Numbered from the stretch's first letter, positions 8,629 through 19,310 are shown. The stretch is 64,000 nt of DNA from a bacterium (GCA_963692865.2 OY843592.1:1760001-1824000); one strand, 5' to 3'. The notes: generated by a model from the sequence alone, not told the origin. Made by a program: numbers and translations.

Positions 8629-9876
8629 ATGCCCCGCATGTTCGAGGACAGGGCCAAAGCGCTTCTGGATGGTGCAGGCGTGCGCGTCCCCAGGGGCCGC
8701 TCCGTGACGACGCCCGCGGAGGCGGCGGAGGCGGCGCGCGCCATCGGCGGCCCCGTGATGGTGAAGGCCCTCGTTCCCGCCGGAAAGCGCGGCAAGGCGG
8801 GAGCGATTCTCGCAGCGGATACGCCGGATGAGGCGGAAGACGCGGCCAAGAAACTCCTGGGCCGCACCGTGCACCATTTCCCCGTGAAACGCCTGCTGGT
8901 GGAGGAGCGAGTCTCGATAGCGCAGGAGTGGTACCTCTCGGTCGCTTTTGATAGCGCCTCACGCGGGCCGCTCGTGATGTTCAGCGCCGAGGGCGGCGTG
9001 GAGATCGAGGCGCTTCTGGAGGATAACCCGGACGCGCTCAAGCGGCTCGAAGTCGATATTCTGGAGGGACTCAGCGAGGAGCGGTGCGTTTCCTTCCTGC
9101 GCGCCCTAGGCGTTCACGGGGAGGGGCTTTACCGCGCGGCCCTGGCACTTGAAGCCTGCTACGCGCTTTTTCGCCGGAGCGAGGCGCGGCTCCTGGAGGT
9201 CAATCCCCTCGTTCTGACCGATACGGATGAGGTCATCGCCGCCGCGTGTGTTCTCGACCTGGACGCGGACGCCCTGTTCCGCCACGAGGAACTCAAGGAA
9301 CTGCTCGATGAGGACTCGCACGGCGGCTGGCGTCCGCCCACCCCCGTCGAGGCGCGGGTGGCGGAGATAGACGCGAGAATCCCGCCGTACAACACGGCGC
9401 GCTTCACGGAAATCGAGGACGGGGAGATCGCCCTCATGTGGAGCGGGGGAGGGGGCGGCCTGTACCTGCTGGACACGATGGCGCGGCTGGGCGGCAGGCC
9501 CGCCACGGCGTTCGACATCACGCCGGGGCCGCTGGAGGAGAAGTATTTCGAGATCACGAAAGAGATTCTCGCGATGCCGGACGTGAAGGGCGCGCTCGCG
9601 GGCAGCAACATCACGAGCTTCTCGCGCGTCCAGCTGAAAGTCCGCGCCATCGCCCGCGCCGTGAAGGAGACGGGGGTCGACCTCGCGAAATTCCCCTTCA
9701 TCGCGCGATTCGCGGGCGCGGGCGGGGAGGAGGCCAGAGAAATCGCCGCAGACTGTCCGGGCCTTCAGTACCTGGGGGATGAGGTGACGCTCGAAGAAGC
9801 GGCCGAGCGCATCATCGCGCAGGTGGAGGCCGTCAAGCGCGGGGAGTCTTGGACGAGCGCGGGAGGCGCAAGTTGA
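8629..9876 (+). CDS. ADP-forming acyl-CoA synthetase beta subunit (SucC-like, divergent)
   Basis: ATP-grasp: VKALVPAGKRGKAG, LLVEE, EWYLS, GGVEIE, EVNPL. Confidence 0.8.
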   Translation: MPRMFEDRAKALLDGAGVRVPRGRSVTTPAEAAEAARAIGGPVMVKALVPAGKRGKAGAILAADTPDEAEDAAKKLLGRTVHHFPVKRLLVEERVSIAQEWYLSVAFDSASRGPLVMFSAEGGVEIEALLEDNPDALKRLEVDILEGLSEERCVSFLRALGVHGEGLYRAALALEACYALFRRSEARLLEVNPLVLTDTDEVIAAACVLDLDADALFRHEELKELLDEDSHGGWRPPTPVEARVAEIDARIPPYNTARFTEIEDGEIALMWSGGGGGLYLLDTMARLGGRPATAFDITPGPLEEKYFEITKEILAMPDVKGALAGSNITSFSRVQLKVRAIARAVKETGVDLAKFPFIARFAGAGGEEAREIAADCPGLQYLGDEVTLEEAAERIIAQVEAVKRGESWTSAGGAS

Positions 9877-10775
9877 GCATTCTCGTCGATGAGGCCACGC
9901 GCGTCGTCGTGGCGGGGATCACCGGCTGGCAGGCGCGCGCCCACACCGGCTTCATGCGGGCGTACGGCACCCGCGTGGTGGCGGGCGTTGTGCCCGGACG
10001 CGCGGGCGAGGATTGCGACGGCGCGCCCGTCTACGACTCGTTCGCCTCAGCCCTGGAAGCGCACCCGGCGGACGCCGCCGTCCTGTTCGTGCCGGCCGCC
10101 GCCGCGGCGGAATCGGCCATCGAGGCGGCGGAAGCGGGGGTCGGCCTGATCCTCGTATGCGCCGAGGGCGTGCCGCAGCACGACGTGGCGCGGATGATCG
10201 CCCATGCGCGGCGCGCGGGGGTGCGGCTCGTGGGCCCCAACAGCCAGGGGATCATCAGCCCCGGACGCGCCAAGATGGGCGGCACGGGAGGCGACCTGCC
10301 CGTAACGGACCTCCTGTTCCGGCGCGGGCCGGTGGGCGTGCTGAGCAGGAGCGGGGGGATGGGCAGCGAGACCTGCTGGCTCCTGACGCGCGAGGGCATC
10401 GGCCAGAGCACCTACGTGAGCGTCGGTGGAGACGCGATGGTGGGCGCGCCTTTCTCGGAACTCATGCCACTGTTCGAGGAAGATCCTGAGACGGAGTGCG
10501 TCGTCCTGTTCGGCGAGCCCGGCTCGTGCGCGGAGGAGGACGCGGCGCGCATGATAGGCGAGGGCGGCTTCACCAAGCCGGTGGTCGCCTTCATCGCGGG
10601 GATGGTGAACGAGTCCGCCCCGCGCGGTGCGAGCTTCGGCCACGCGGCGGCCATCATCGAGCGCGGCGAGGGTTCTCCCGCGCGGAAAAAGGCGCTGTTG
10701 CGAGAGGCGGGCGCCGTCGTGGTGGAGGACATGCGCGAGATTCCCGCCGCCGTGCGCGACGCCTTGGGCGGGTAG
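9873..10775 (+). CDS. ADP-forming acyl-CoA synthetase alpha subunit (SucD-like)
   Basis: GITG, AEGVP, GPNSQG, SRSGG, GEPG, FGHAAA (phospho-His); TTG start overlaps upstream TGA. Confidence 0.85.
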   Translation: MSILVDEATRVVVAGITGWQARAHTGFMRAYGTRVVAGVVPGRAGEDCDGAPVYDSFASALEAHPADAAVLFVPAAAAAESAIEAAEAGVGLILVCAEGVPQHDVARMIAHARRAGVRLVGPNSQGIISPGRAKMGGTGGDLPVTDLLFRRGPVGVLSRSGGMGSETCWLLTREGIGQSTYVSVGGDAMVGAPFSELMPLFEEDPETECVVLFGEPGSCAEEDAARMIGEGGFTKPVVAFIAGMVNESAPRGASFGHAAAIIERGEGSPARKKALLREAGAVVVEDMREIPAAVRDALGG

Positions 10776-10891
10776 ATTTTCCCGCCCTTAGCTGGTAAGC
10801 CTATGCGGGATTCCCTGAAAACACCGAAACTGGCGGCTCCCGTTTCTACAAGAATTGGTAATATAAAGAATCAAAAGGGAAGGATGTAATC

Positions 10892-11127
10892 ACTCCCCAT
10901 CAAGGGGCTGTTGATAAACTCTGCAATACCGGGATGACGGCTGCGGGATTCCGCTTTGCCGGAGGGAGTGTAGGGGCCGCATATATGCGGCCCTTGGCGG
11001 GCGGCAAAAAAGGCCGGGTCGCATATATGCGACCCCTACAACAGAAACGGTAATAACGCCGGAATGTCGGTGGGGGATGAACTCCGAGCGAGAAGTGGCT
11101 TTTTCAACGATCCCCTCAAGGGGGAGT
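10892..11127. repeat. Composite repeat with terminal IRs enclosing a GTAG-type REP doublet (10970-10993/11016-11039)
   Basis: GGGGCTGTTGATAAA...TTTTTCAACGATCCC; GTAGGGGCCGCATATATGCGGCCC and GGGTCGCATATATGCGACCCCTAC. Confidence 0.8.
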
Positions 11128-11219
11128 GAGAAAAACCCGAGTCCTGACGGCTAGAATGCCGAGGCGGAAGAGGCGGCCTTGGCGATACATTTTTTGAATT
11201 TGATAAGGAGAAACACAGA

Positions 11220-12899
11220 ATGCCGAAAATGACAGGCGCCCAGGTCATGGCCGAGATGCTCAAGGGCTATGGCGTTACGCACACTTTTCTGGTTCCCGCC
11301 GTCCTGAGGCGCTCGATGGCCGAGATGGAAGAGCGCACGAACATCGCCCGCATCCAGACGCACGGCGAGAAGTCCGCCGCCTACATGGCGGACGGCTACG
11401 CCCGCGCGGGCAAGAAGCCGGGCGTCTGCATGGCGCAGGTCATCGGCGCGCTGAACCTGGCGGCGGGCCTGCGGGACGCCTATCTGGCGAAAGCCCCCGT
11501 CCTGGCCTTCACGGGGGGGCGCGTGCCGCAGACCAAGTTCCGCAAGGTCTACCAGGAGGTGGACGACGTGCCCGCCTTTGAACCCGTTACGAAGTTCAAC
11601 GCCACGGTGGACGACGCCTCGCGCTTCCCGGACATGCTCCGCCAGGCCTTCCGCGTAGCAATGTCCGGTTGTCCGGGGCCGGTGCACCTCCAGTTCGCGG
11701 GCAACGAGGGCCAGCTCGACATCGAAGAGGCCGAGATGGAGGTGATCATCGAGGAGGACTTCAAGGAGCTTCCCCCCTACCGGCCCGAACCCGAGCCGGC
11801 GCGCGTAAAAAAAGCGGTCGAACTTCTCGAAAAAGCGGAGCGCCCCGTGATCGTATCGGGCGGCGGCGTTCGCTCTTCGGGCGCTTCCAAAGAACTCATC
11901 GCCCTGGCCGAGAAGCTGAACATCCCGGTGGCGACGTCGCTGAACGGCAAGGACAACATTCCGGGCAACCACCCGCTCTCGGTCGGCGTGGTGGGCACCT
12001 ATTCGAGAATGAGCGCGAACCGGGTCGTGAACGCGGCCGACCTCGTTTTCTTCGTCGGCACCGAGACGGGCGGCATGACGACGCACTTCTGGGCCGTGCC
12101 TCCTATCGGCACGCCCGCGATTCAACTCGACATCGACCCGGAAGCCCTCGCGCGCAACTACCCCTTGCAGGCCGCCGTTCTGGGCGACGCCAGGGTGAGC
12201 CTGCAGAAAATGGTCGGTGCGGCGAGCGGGGAATCCGCCGCCTCGCGCGCGGGCTGGGTGGAGCGCGCCCAGGGCTACGTGCAGGGTTGGCGCGATGAGT
12301 TCACCGGGTATCTGGAGTCTGACGCCGCCCCGATGCGCCCCGAACGCATCTGCCAGGAGCTGACGGATTCCCTGCCGTCCGACTGCGTCGTGCTGGCCGA
12401 TACGGGCCACTCGGGCATGTGGATGGGCGGCATGTACGACCTCTCGCACCCGGATCAGAGCTATATGCGCAGCGCGGGCCACCTGGGCTGGGCCTTCTCG
12501 GCGGGCCTCGGGGCGAAGTGCGCCGTGCCGGACAGGCCGGTGCTCACCTTCAACGGCGATTCGGGCTTCTGGTACCATCTTTCGGAGATCGAGACCGCCG
12601 TACGCTGGAAGATAAACGCGGTGACGTTGGTGAACAACAACGCCTCGGGGAATCAATCGAAGCGCGGCTTCGACCGCGCCTACGGCGGCGAGCAGACCGA
12701 GCAGGCCCATGAACTCTGGAAGCTGAACGAGGTGAATTTCGCCGAGATCGCCGAGTCCATGGGCGCGCTGGGCATCCGGGTGGAGAAACCGGGCGAGCTC
12801 AAGAGCGCGCTCGACCGGGCCTTCAGCGCGAACCGGCCCGTCGTCATCGACTGCGTGAGCGATATCGAGGCCATGGCGCCCTTGGCCGTTACGGAGTAG
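11220..12899 (+). CDS. Thiamine-diphosphate-dependent enzyme (acetolactate synthase-like)
   Basis: HGEKSAAYMADGYAR, PGPVHL, GDS...NN ThDP motif. Confidence 0.85.
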   Translation: MPKMTGAQVMAEMLKGYGVTHTFLVPAVLRRSMAEMEERTNIARIQTHGEKSAAYMADGYARAGKKPGVCMAQVIGALNLAAGLRDAYLAKAPVLAFTGGRVPQTKFRKVYQEVDDVPAFEPVTKFNATVDDASRFPDMLRQAFRVAMSGCPGPVHLQFAGNEGQLDIEEAEMEVIIEEDFKELPPYRPEPEPARVKKAVELLEKAERPVIVSGGGVRSSGASKELIALAEKLNIPVATSLNGKDNIPGNHPLSVGVVGTYSRMSANRVVNAADLVFFVGTETGGMTTHFWAVPPIGTPAIQLDIDPEALARNYPLQAAVLGDARVSLQKMVGAASGESAASRAGWVERAQGYVQGWRDEFTGYLESDAAPMRPERICQELTDSLPSDCVVLADTGHSGMWMGGMYDLSHPDQSYMRSAGHLGWAFSAGLGAKCAVPDRPVLTFNGDSGFWYHLSEIETAVRWKINAVTLVNNNASGNQSKRGFDRAYGGEQTEQAHELWKLNEVNFAEIAESMGALGIRVEKPGELKSALDRAFSANRPVVIDCVSDIEAMAPLAVTE

Positions 12900-12917
12900 G
12901 GAGGCGCGGCGGTTTTG

Positions 12918-13525
12918 CAGGTCAGGCATATATGTCCGACCTGCATATGGGGTTGTTAGACAAGTCCCGGAAATCGACTTTGGGTTGTGCGCATGCTTTT
13001 GAATTTAACTCCCCCCTTGAGGGGGAGTAAGTGAGCTAAGGGCGCAAGCCCGCAAGCGAACTGGTGGGGGGAGCTTTTTTTCTGTGGTATGTCCCCCCAC
13101 CAAATCGGCCTTCGCCCAAGGGCTCGGGCCTCTTCGTCGGGCTTTCCCCTCGGGAAGCCAGACCCTCAAAGGGGGAGTAATTCCCACCTTCGAATATCTT
13201 CACCGTCATTCCGGCGAAGGCCGGAATCCAGAGCCGATTGGGATCAAGATGCTCCGGCTTTTCATGTTCTCACCGCTCGTATGGGAAAAAGCGAAGAGTA
13301 AAGACGAAAAGACAAAGTCCCTGGATTCCGGCATGCGCCGGAATGACGAGCAAAACCGCATTCACCCGTAAGGGCGTCGAACTTCCCTCCTCGGGAAGTT
13401 CGACTGTAGCCGCCCGTATCGGATATGTCGATTTCCGTGGTTGCGCTTCGCAGGGACAGGCACGGGGGCCTGTCCCTACAAACCCTCTACTTGCAAGGCC
13501 CTATGCGGGGGTTTTCAACAACCCC
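12918..13525. repeat. Large composite repeat cluster (terminal IRs, ACTCCCCCCTTGAGG element, REP doublet 13205-13230/13322-13347, TCCTC-loop hairpin, GTAG-type REP)
   Basis: Modules match those at 2.3, 5.3, 20-21.9, 29 and 44 kb. Confidence 0.85.
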
Positions 13526-13548
13526 CCCAAGGGAGATTTCAGAGGTTT

Positions 13549-14421
13549 TCAGACCGTCCGGGAGGCGCTCCGCTCGCTGATTGAAGAAATCTTCCTCTTA
13601 AGAAACTCGCGCGTCACTTGGATGAACGCTTCCGGTTCGTCCATGAAGACGTGGTGGTGCGCGCCGGGGATGACGGCGGTTTCCACCTGGGGTACCTTCT
13701 CGCGCACCCATTCGAGAGAGTCCGATTTCAGGCGGTCCGATAGTTCGCCCGCCACGAGCAGGGTGGGGACTTCGACCCGCTGCCAGCCCGCGCGCTGATC
13801 CGTCTCCGGGCGGGTGGCGTGGAACCGCCTGTCCGCCTTGACCGTCCAGGCGCCGTCGCCGTTTCGCCTGACGGCGTGGCGCGCGACGTGGGCGATGGTC
13901 GCCGGATTCACCTTGTCCGACGCGGGCAGGAGCCTGAATTTCTCCACGAACAGCTCCCGCGACGCCCAGGGCCTTGCGGGGCGGTTCCCGAAGGCGCGCA
14001 CCTCGGCGAGGATCGCGTCCGTCGTCTTAAGGGGCGAATCCACGACGATGAGGCCCTCGATATCCGGCGGCTCCAGCGCGAAGAGGTTGAGCGCGATGAC
14101 GCCGCCCATCGAGTGGGCCAGAACCCAGGGTTTCCTCCCGCTCGCCGCCTTCGCCCATTCCACCCAGGCGGCCACGTCGCGCAGCAGGTCCTCGAAAATG
14201 TATTCATCCTGCCATCCGGTGTCCCCGTGGCCGCGGTGATCCGTCGCCACGGGCCGGAGAATGTCCCGGTAGCGGGGGGCGATGTGATCCCACCAGCGCG
14301 CGTGGGCCGCAGCGCCGTGCAGCAAGAGGATGATTGGCTTGTCCTCCCCCTCGCTCCCGTGGTCGAGGGCGTGAAGCCGCACGCCGTCTCTTTCGATGAA
14401 AACGCTCTTCGGTTCCGACAT
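13549..14421 (-). CDS. Alpha/beta hydrolase
   Basis: LLHG, DHRGHG, AHSMGG nucleophile elbow, GAHHH. Confidence 0.85.
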   Translation of the reverse strand: MSEPKSVFIERDGVRLHALDHGSEGEDKPIILLLHGAAAHARWWDHIAPRYRDILRPVATDHRGHGDTGWQDEYIFEDLLRDVAAWVEWAKAASGRKPWVLAHSMGGVIALNLFALEPPDIEGLIVVDSPLKTTDAILAEVRAFGNRPARPWASRELFVEKFRLLPASDKVNPATIAHVARHAVRRNGDGAWTVKADRRFHATRPETDQRAGWQRVEVPTLLVAGELSDRLKSDSLEWVREKVPQVETAVIPGAHHHVFMDEPEAFIQVTREFLKRKISSISERSASRTV

Positions 14422-14546
14422 TCGGGTTGACTCCAGGTTCGATGAGGCCGCCAAAGAATTTCGGGGGAGAATCCACCATCAGCGCGAGGATGGCAAGCCC
14501 GATCGGTTTTGCCTGCGGTTTCAGGATGACGCCGCGCAGGCGCGCT

Positions 14547-15725
14547 TCACCATGGGGCCGCCTTTTCCGTGTCGAGGCGATCCGGCAATTGGTACCTGAG
14601 GTCTTCGAGCATCGAAGCGTCGAGCAGGAAGACGAAATTGTTGCTCTGCCACTTCTTGCCGAGATCAGGCGCGATTCTGTGGAGCGCTCCCTGCGCCCGG
14701 CGTGACCATTTCATCCATGGCAGCAATCCCCTGATCTTCATCCTGGGTATTCGGAGTTGATCCGAGAGTTCGTCGCCCAGCACCGCGCGTGAAACCCTGC
14801 GTACGTGCTTCACCATGGCGTCCTGTTCGGCGAAATCGGTTTTGCCGGCGATCAGGGGCAGGGCTTCGATCAGGGCGTTCGCAACGGCGGCCGACTCTTC
14901 GCCCGGCGGCGGCTCGCACATGGTCGCGACCCGGGCGAATTCGAGGGTTTTCTCATAATCACCCTCGAACAGAAGATGCTCGGGCGCGCCGATCAGGTAC
15001 GAGGCGTATCGCCACGCCTGCATGAAGCCGCCTCGCGTCGCGTCATCGAACTCCGCCCCGAGTATCTCGGCGTGCGTGAGCATGGTCGCGGAGAAGTTGG
15101 CGGCGGCGAGGGCGATTTGCGCGGCGCTGAGCGGCGCGCCGTGCACGGATTCGTCCCAGTCGCTCTCGTCGTGAATCAATCGCCTGATCCGCGCGTGCAC
15201 CAGCCGGATGCGGACGGAGAGTTTCCAGCCGTCTCCCTGGCGTTCGAGCGCGTCGGGCAGCATGATCTCGATGAAGTGCCTCGTGTTCTGGCGGATCCGG
15301 CGCATGCCGAAACCGCTCATGACCCGGCCCGTGGCGTAGAACGACTTGGCGATCGAGGTGGACACGTTTCGCACCGTGACCAGGAAGAACGCGGGGATGA
15401 ACAAGTCGGAATACGCGTGGAAGGCGCGGTAGGCCGGATACAGGGGCTGTGGATCGAACCACGACGGCGGACGCTGTATCGCATCGAAAAAATCGCAGAG
15501 CGACTTCGGCGCGTCCGCGAGCGCCTTCGCGTCCTCGTGGATGCCGGCCTGGATGAAGCGGTCCACGTCTTTGGCGGCAAGCGGCGCGAGTTCGTCCATC
15601 ACGGCGTCGGCCGCCGGGTCGCCGATGATCGTCCCTTCGATGTACTTTTCGGCGAGTTCCGGGTTGAGGGCGCGGGCTTTCTCGTAACCTTCCCGATAAG
15701 CCGAGGGTATTTGCAGTTCCGGCAT
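14547..15725 (-). CDS. MpaB/DUF2236 (Lcp-related) oxygenase family protein
   Basis: RRIRQN...G.GWKLSVRIRLVHARIR...W...HGAPLS...WRYASYLIG. Confidence 0.75.
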   Translation of the reverse strand: MPELQIPSAYREGYEKARALNPELAEKYIEGTIIGDPAADAVMDELAPLAAKDVDRFIQAGIHEDAKALADAPKSLCDFFDAIQRPPSWFDPQPLYPAYRAFHAYSDLFIPAFFLVTVRNVSTSIAKSFYATGRVMSGFGMRRIRQNTRHFIEIMLPDALERQGDGWKLSVRIRLVHARIRRLIHDESDWDESVHGAPLSAAQIALAAANFSATMLTHAEILGAEFDDATRGGFMQAWRYASYLIGAPEHLLFEGDYEKTLEFARVATMCEPPPGEESAAVANALIEALPLIAGKTDFAEQDAMVKHVRRVSRAVLGDELSDQLRIPRMKIRGLLPWMKWSRRAQGALHRIAPDLGKKWQSNNFVFLLDASMLEDLRYQLPDRLDTEKAAPW

Positions 15726-15748
15726 CGCACCATCCTGAAGGAGGCTGG

Positions 15749-15970
15749 TCAGTGTGGGCCATAAGCAAAATGGAGCCCGAAGGCCCGAAAATGATAGGTC
15801 AACGATACGCCGGGATCAACCAAAATCATGTATGGCGCGGCTGCCGCAACCTCATACGGCCGTTCGACGGCCTTCCAGGCGTCAGCGGCCCTCGGGCCAG
15901 ACGGCGTTCGCCAGGCGCCGGCCCCCGAGCGCGCCGAGTTGCCCGTGCAAAGAACGAGTATGTTGGGCAT
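15749..15970 (-). pseudogene. arsC: Remnant of arsenate reductase ArsC (LMWP family)
   Basis: MPNILVLCTGNSARS P-loop, after which similarity is lost. Confidence 0.6.
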
Positions 15971-16324
15971 GGAACCTCTCTCGCGTCATGAGGGGCCGCG
16001 ATGATGCGCTCCCCCGCGTCTCGTCGTCCGGCAGCCGGACGCTCCCGCTCCGATGAGAGCGCTCATGGGTTCAGAGGGCCGTTCCGCTCCAGACTCCGTG
16101 GCGCCGCTTTGAAATATGGATTTTATTTTGGGGGTGAAACCGCCACCGCTCCGCCCGGAAACCATGTAGCCCAGTTCGGCGGCGGGATCAATTCATGCGG
16201 CTCGCAATTCCCGCATCCTCATCCGACGGGAGATATTGAAAAAGTCCTGATTTTATGATTCGGCGTATGTATCCGACTGGACAGAGAGGAGAAACGCTTC
16301 CCCGCCAGCAGAGCGCAAACGACC

Positions 16325-16593
16325 ACTCCCTCCTTGAGGGGCTGTTGAAAAAGCCGCCTGGGATCGAGCGCATGACGCTCGTCTTGTATGGCTACTGTAT
16401 CGACCTCATCCTGAGTAGGCGCGCAAGCGCCGTATCGAAGGATGGGGGCGCATCCAACCGGCGGGACGCGAATTTCGCCCTTCGATACGCGGCTTCGCCG
16501 CTACTCAGGGTAAGGCGGTGGGGCGGGCTGCGCAGGATGAGGAGGGGATTGCGCCGCATCGGCCTTTTTCAACAACCCCCTCAAGGGGGGAGT
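16325..16593. repeat. MITE-like element with ~28-bp terminal IRs and internal CTCATCCTGAG...TCGAAGG palindromic module
   Basis: ACTCCCTCCTTGAGGGGCTGTTGAAAAA ... TTTTTCAACAACCCCCTCAAGGGGGGAGT; right ~175 bp repeated inverted at 28749-28923. Confidence 0.85.
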
Positions 16594-16698
16594 AAATCGC
16601 AAACCATTGCTTGACGCCAAGTTCCTGCTTTGCGCTCCCCTGAACACATCTGGCAAGATGGCGGCTACTCTATGCCCCTTGGCTGAGGAGGCTCCCCC

Positions 16699-18465
16699 AT
16701 GGCGTTTCGCCACACCACCCCCGAAGGCCGCGTTTACGTCTCCCACAGGCCGCAGGTCACGGCGCGCGAGGCCATGGTCGCATCCGGCCATCACTACGCG
16801 AGCCAGGCGGGCCTGAGAATCCTGGAGAGGGGCGGAAACGCGATAGACGCAGGCGTCGCGGCGGGGATATGCCTGAGCGTCCTTCACTCCGACATGGTGT
16901 CGTTCCTTGGCGTCGCGCCCACGATCATCTATCTGGCGAAAGAAGAGCGCGTCCTCACCATCAGCGGCCTCGGACGCTGGCCCAAGGCGGCCTCCATCGA
17001 GTGGTTCGAGAAAAACTGCAATGGCGAGATTCCGCCGGGCGTGCGCCGCGCCGTAACGCCCGCGGCGGTGGACGCCTGGCTCACGGCGCTGGAGCAATAC
17101 GGCACGATGACATTCGCCGAGGTTGCCGGGGACGCCATATCTTTGGCCGAAGGCGGCTTCGCCATGCACCACTTCATGCACGAGCACATCAAGGCGGCGG
17201 AAGGAGACTACTACCGCTGGGAGTCGACGCGGCCCGTCTACTTCCCCGAAGGCCGCCTCATCCCCGTGGGCGGACGGGTGCGGATTCCCGATCTGGCCGG
17301 GACGATGCGCCGCATGGCGCGCGCGGAAGAGGGAGCGGGCGGCGGACGCGCGGCGGGCGTGCGCGCGGCGCGCGATGAGGTCTACGCCGGCGAGACGGCC
17401 CGCCTGATGGTCGATTTCATCGGGCGCGAAGGCGGGCTGATGACCATGGACGATCTGGCCGATTTCCACGTCCTGGAGGAAGAACCGGTGATGACGGAGT
17501 TTCTGGGCCACCAGGTCTACGCCTGCGGCCCGTGGTGCCAGGGGCCGACGCTGCTCGAAGCGATGAACATCCTCTCGCACTTCGATCTCCTGGCTCTCGG
17601 CCACAATTCTCCCGCCTACCTCCACGCGCTGATGGCCGCGCTCAACCTCGCCTTCGCGGACAGGGAGGCCTTCATCGGCGACCCCGAATTCGTGGACGTG
17701 CCGATAGACGGCCTTCTCTCCGGGGCATACGCCGCCGAGCAGGCGGGGCGCGTCGATATGGAGAGCGCCTTCGCCGACATGCCCGAGCCGGGCGACCCCT
17801 GGCCGCACCAGGGGGGCGCGCATCCCTGGCGGTACGACGGCGCGCACCGCGTTCCGCAAGCCTCGGGAGCCGAATACCAGCACGACACCTCCTACTGCGC
17901 GGCGGTGGATTCGGAGGGAAACGCCTTTTCCTGCACGCCTTCGGACCCCGCGAACTCGATGCCCTTCGTGCCGGGCGTGGGCGCGACCGTCTCGGGGCGC
18001 GGCTCCCAGAGCTGGCTCGATCCGGCGCACCCGAGCGCTCTCGCGCCCTGGAAGCGCCCGAGACTCACGCCGAACCCGGCCCTCACGCTCAAGAACGGCG
18101 CGTTCTACATGACGCTGGGCACCCCGGGCGGCGACGTCCAGCCACAGGCCATGCTCCAGGCGTTCCTGAACCACGTCCTGTTCGGGATGCCGCCGCAGAT
18201 GGCGGTGGAAGCCCCTCGCGCCGCCACCTCCAGTTTCCCCAACTCCTTCTGGCCCCACGCCTACGAGCCTGCGAGTGCTAAGGCGGAGGCGCGCCTTATG
18301 AATGACGCAGGCGCGGCGCTCACCGGGATGGGCTACAAGATGGGTTCGTGGCCCGATTTCGGCTGGCAGCCCGGCAGCGTCTGCGCGGTCGTGAAAGACC
18401 CCGAGACGGGCTTCCTCCTCGGCGGCGCCGACCCCCGGCGCGAGTCCTACGCAGCGGGGTGGTAG
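16699..18465 (+). CDS. Gamma-glutamyltransferase family Ntn hydrolase
   Basis: GGNAIDA, HDTSY (Thr nucleophile), D.EGN, GTPGGDVQPQ, ADPRR. Confidence 0.9.
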   Translation: MAFRHTTPEGRVYVSHRPQVTAREAMVASGHHYASQAGLRILERGGNAIDAGVAAGICLSVLHSDMVSFLGVAPTIIYLAKEERVLTISGLGRWPKAASIEWFEKNCNGEIPPGVRRAVTPAAVDAWLTALEQYGTMTFAEVAGDAISLAEGGFAMHHFMHEHIKAAEGDYYRWESTRPVYFPEGRLIPVGGRVRIPDLAGTMRRMARAEEGAGGGRAAGVRAARDEVYAGETARLMVDFIGREGGLMTMDDLADFHVLEEEPVMTEFLGHQVYACGPWCQGPTLLEAMNILSHFDLLALGHNSPAYLHALMAALNLAFADREAFIGDPEFVDVPIDGLLSGAYAAEQAGRVDMESAFADMPEPGDPWPHQGGAHPWRYDGAHRVPQASGAEYQHDTSYCAAVDSEGNAFSCTPSDPANSMPFVPGVGATVSGRGSQSWLDPAHPSALAPWKRPRLTPNPALTLKNGAFYMTLGTPGGDVQPQAMLQAFLNHVLFGMPPQMAVEAPRAATSSFPNSFWPHAYEPASAKAEARLMNDAGAALTGMGYKMGSWPDFGWQPGSVCAVVKDPETGFLLGGADPRRESYAAGW

Positions 18466-18562
18466 TAGGGCGATCCTCCAAGGAAAGAGGCGTTTCCTTG
18501 TCCCCTTCTTCTATCCGTGTTATTTCTACCTGATGAGGACCCGATAACGGGAGGGTATCTCA

Positions 18563-18844
18563 GTGGAGGTGAAGGAAGCCGTGCAAACGGCGAAAGAATA
18601 CATTATCGATCTCTTCGGTGACGAGGCGATCACGGGCGTCGGCCTTGAAGAAGTTGATCTCGACATGGGGTCAAACGACTGGAAGATAACCATCGGTTTT
18701 TATCGTCCGTTATCTCAACGGGGCACCTTGACCACCGTATTCGGCAAACAGCACGAAGCACGCTCCTATAAGGTCGTAAGCATCGACAAGCAAAGCGGCC
18801 GCGTGTCGGCGGTTACGGATCGCGTCCTGCCCGCATCTGTATGA
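18563..18844 (+). CDS. Small hypothetical protein, probable antitoxin partner of the PIN gene
   Basis: GGAGG RBS, GTG start, GLEEV...WKITIGF...RSYKVV; 4 bp from PIN gene. Confidence 0.6.
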   Translation: MEVKEAVQTAKEYIIDLFGDEAITGVGLEEVDLDMGSNDWKITIGFYRPLSQRGTLTTVFGKQHEARSYKVVSIDKQSGRVSAVTDRVLPASV

Positions 18845-18848
18845 TTCA

Positions 18849-19310
18849 ATGCGCCCGTCCGGGTACTTCATCGATGCGAATCTTCTCGTCCTGCTCATCG
18901 TGGGCCGAGTGGGGGAGGAGTTCATTTCAAAGCATAGTCGCCTGCAACAATTCGTAGGCGAAGATTACCGGATTCTGCGCAATCTGCTCGACAGGGTCGA
19001 GCAGGTGTTCGTCACCCCGAATACGCTCACCGAAGCGTCCAACCTGCTCGCCCAACACGGGGAACCGGAGCGCTCCCGGTTTTTCGATCAGCTTCGCTCC
19101 ACCATAGAAGAAAGCAGGGAAATACACGTCGTCAGCGAGGTCGCCTCGCAGAACAGGGAATTCAGGCGGCTCGGGCTGACCGACGCCGCGCTCCTGGAAG
19201 TCGCCACCGTGGAGACGCCTTTGCTTACGGTGGACCTCGATCTTTATCTTTCGGCATTGACGGAAGAACAAGAAACGGCGGTGAACTTCAGGCATTTGCA
19301 GAAATTCTAA
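18849..19310 (+). CDS. PIN-domain protein (putative toxin)
   Basis: FIDANLL, TPNTLTEASN, LGLTDAA, LLTVDLDL acidic tetrad. Confidence 0.8.
   Translation: MRPSGYFIDANLLVLLIVGRVGEEFISKHSRLQQFVGEDYRILRNLLDRVEQVFVTPNTLTEASNLLAQHGEPERSRFFDQLRSTIEESREIHVVSEVASQNREFRRLGLTDAALLEVATVETPLLTVDLDLYLSALTEEQETAVNFRHLQKF

Noticed and set aside
13005-13371. Short ORFs reading VIPAKAGI / MDSGFRRND / PPQGG
   Set aside because: These are translations of REP repeats, not proteins
18842-18851. Other TGA stops as Sec codons
   Set aside because: In those inspected (e.g. 18842-18844) there is no in-frame continuation or Cys-motif context
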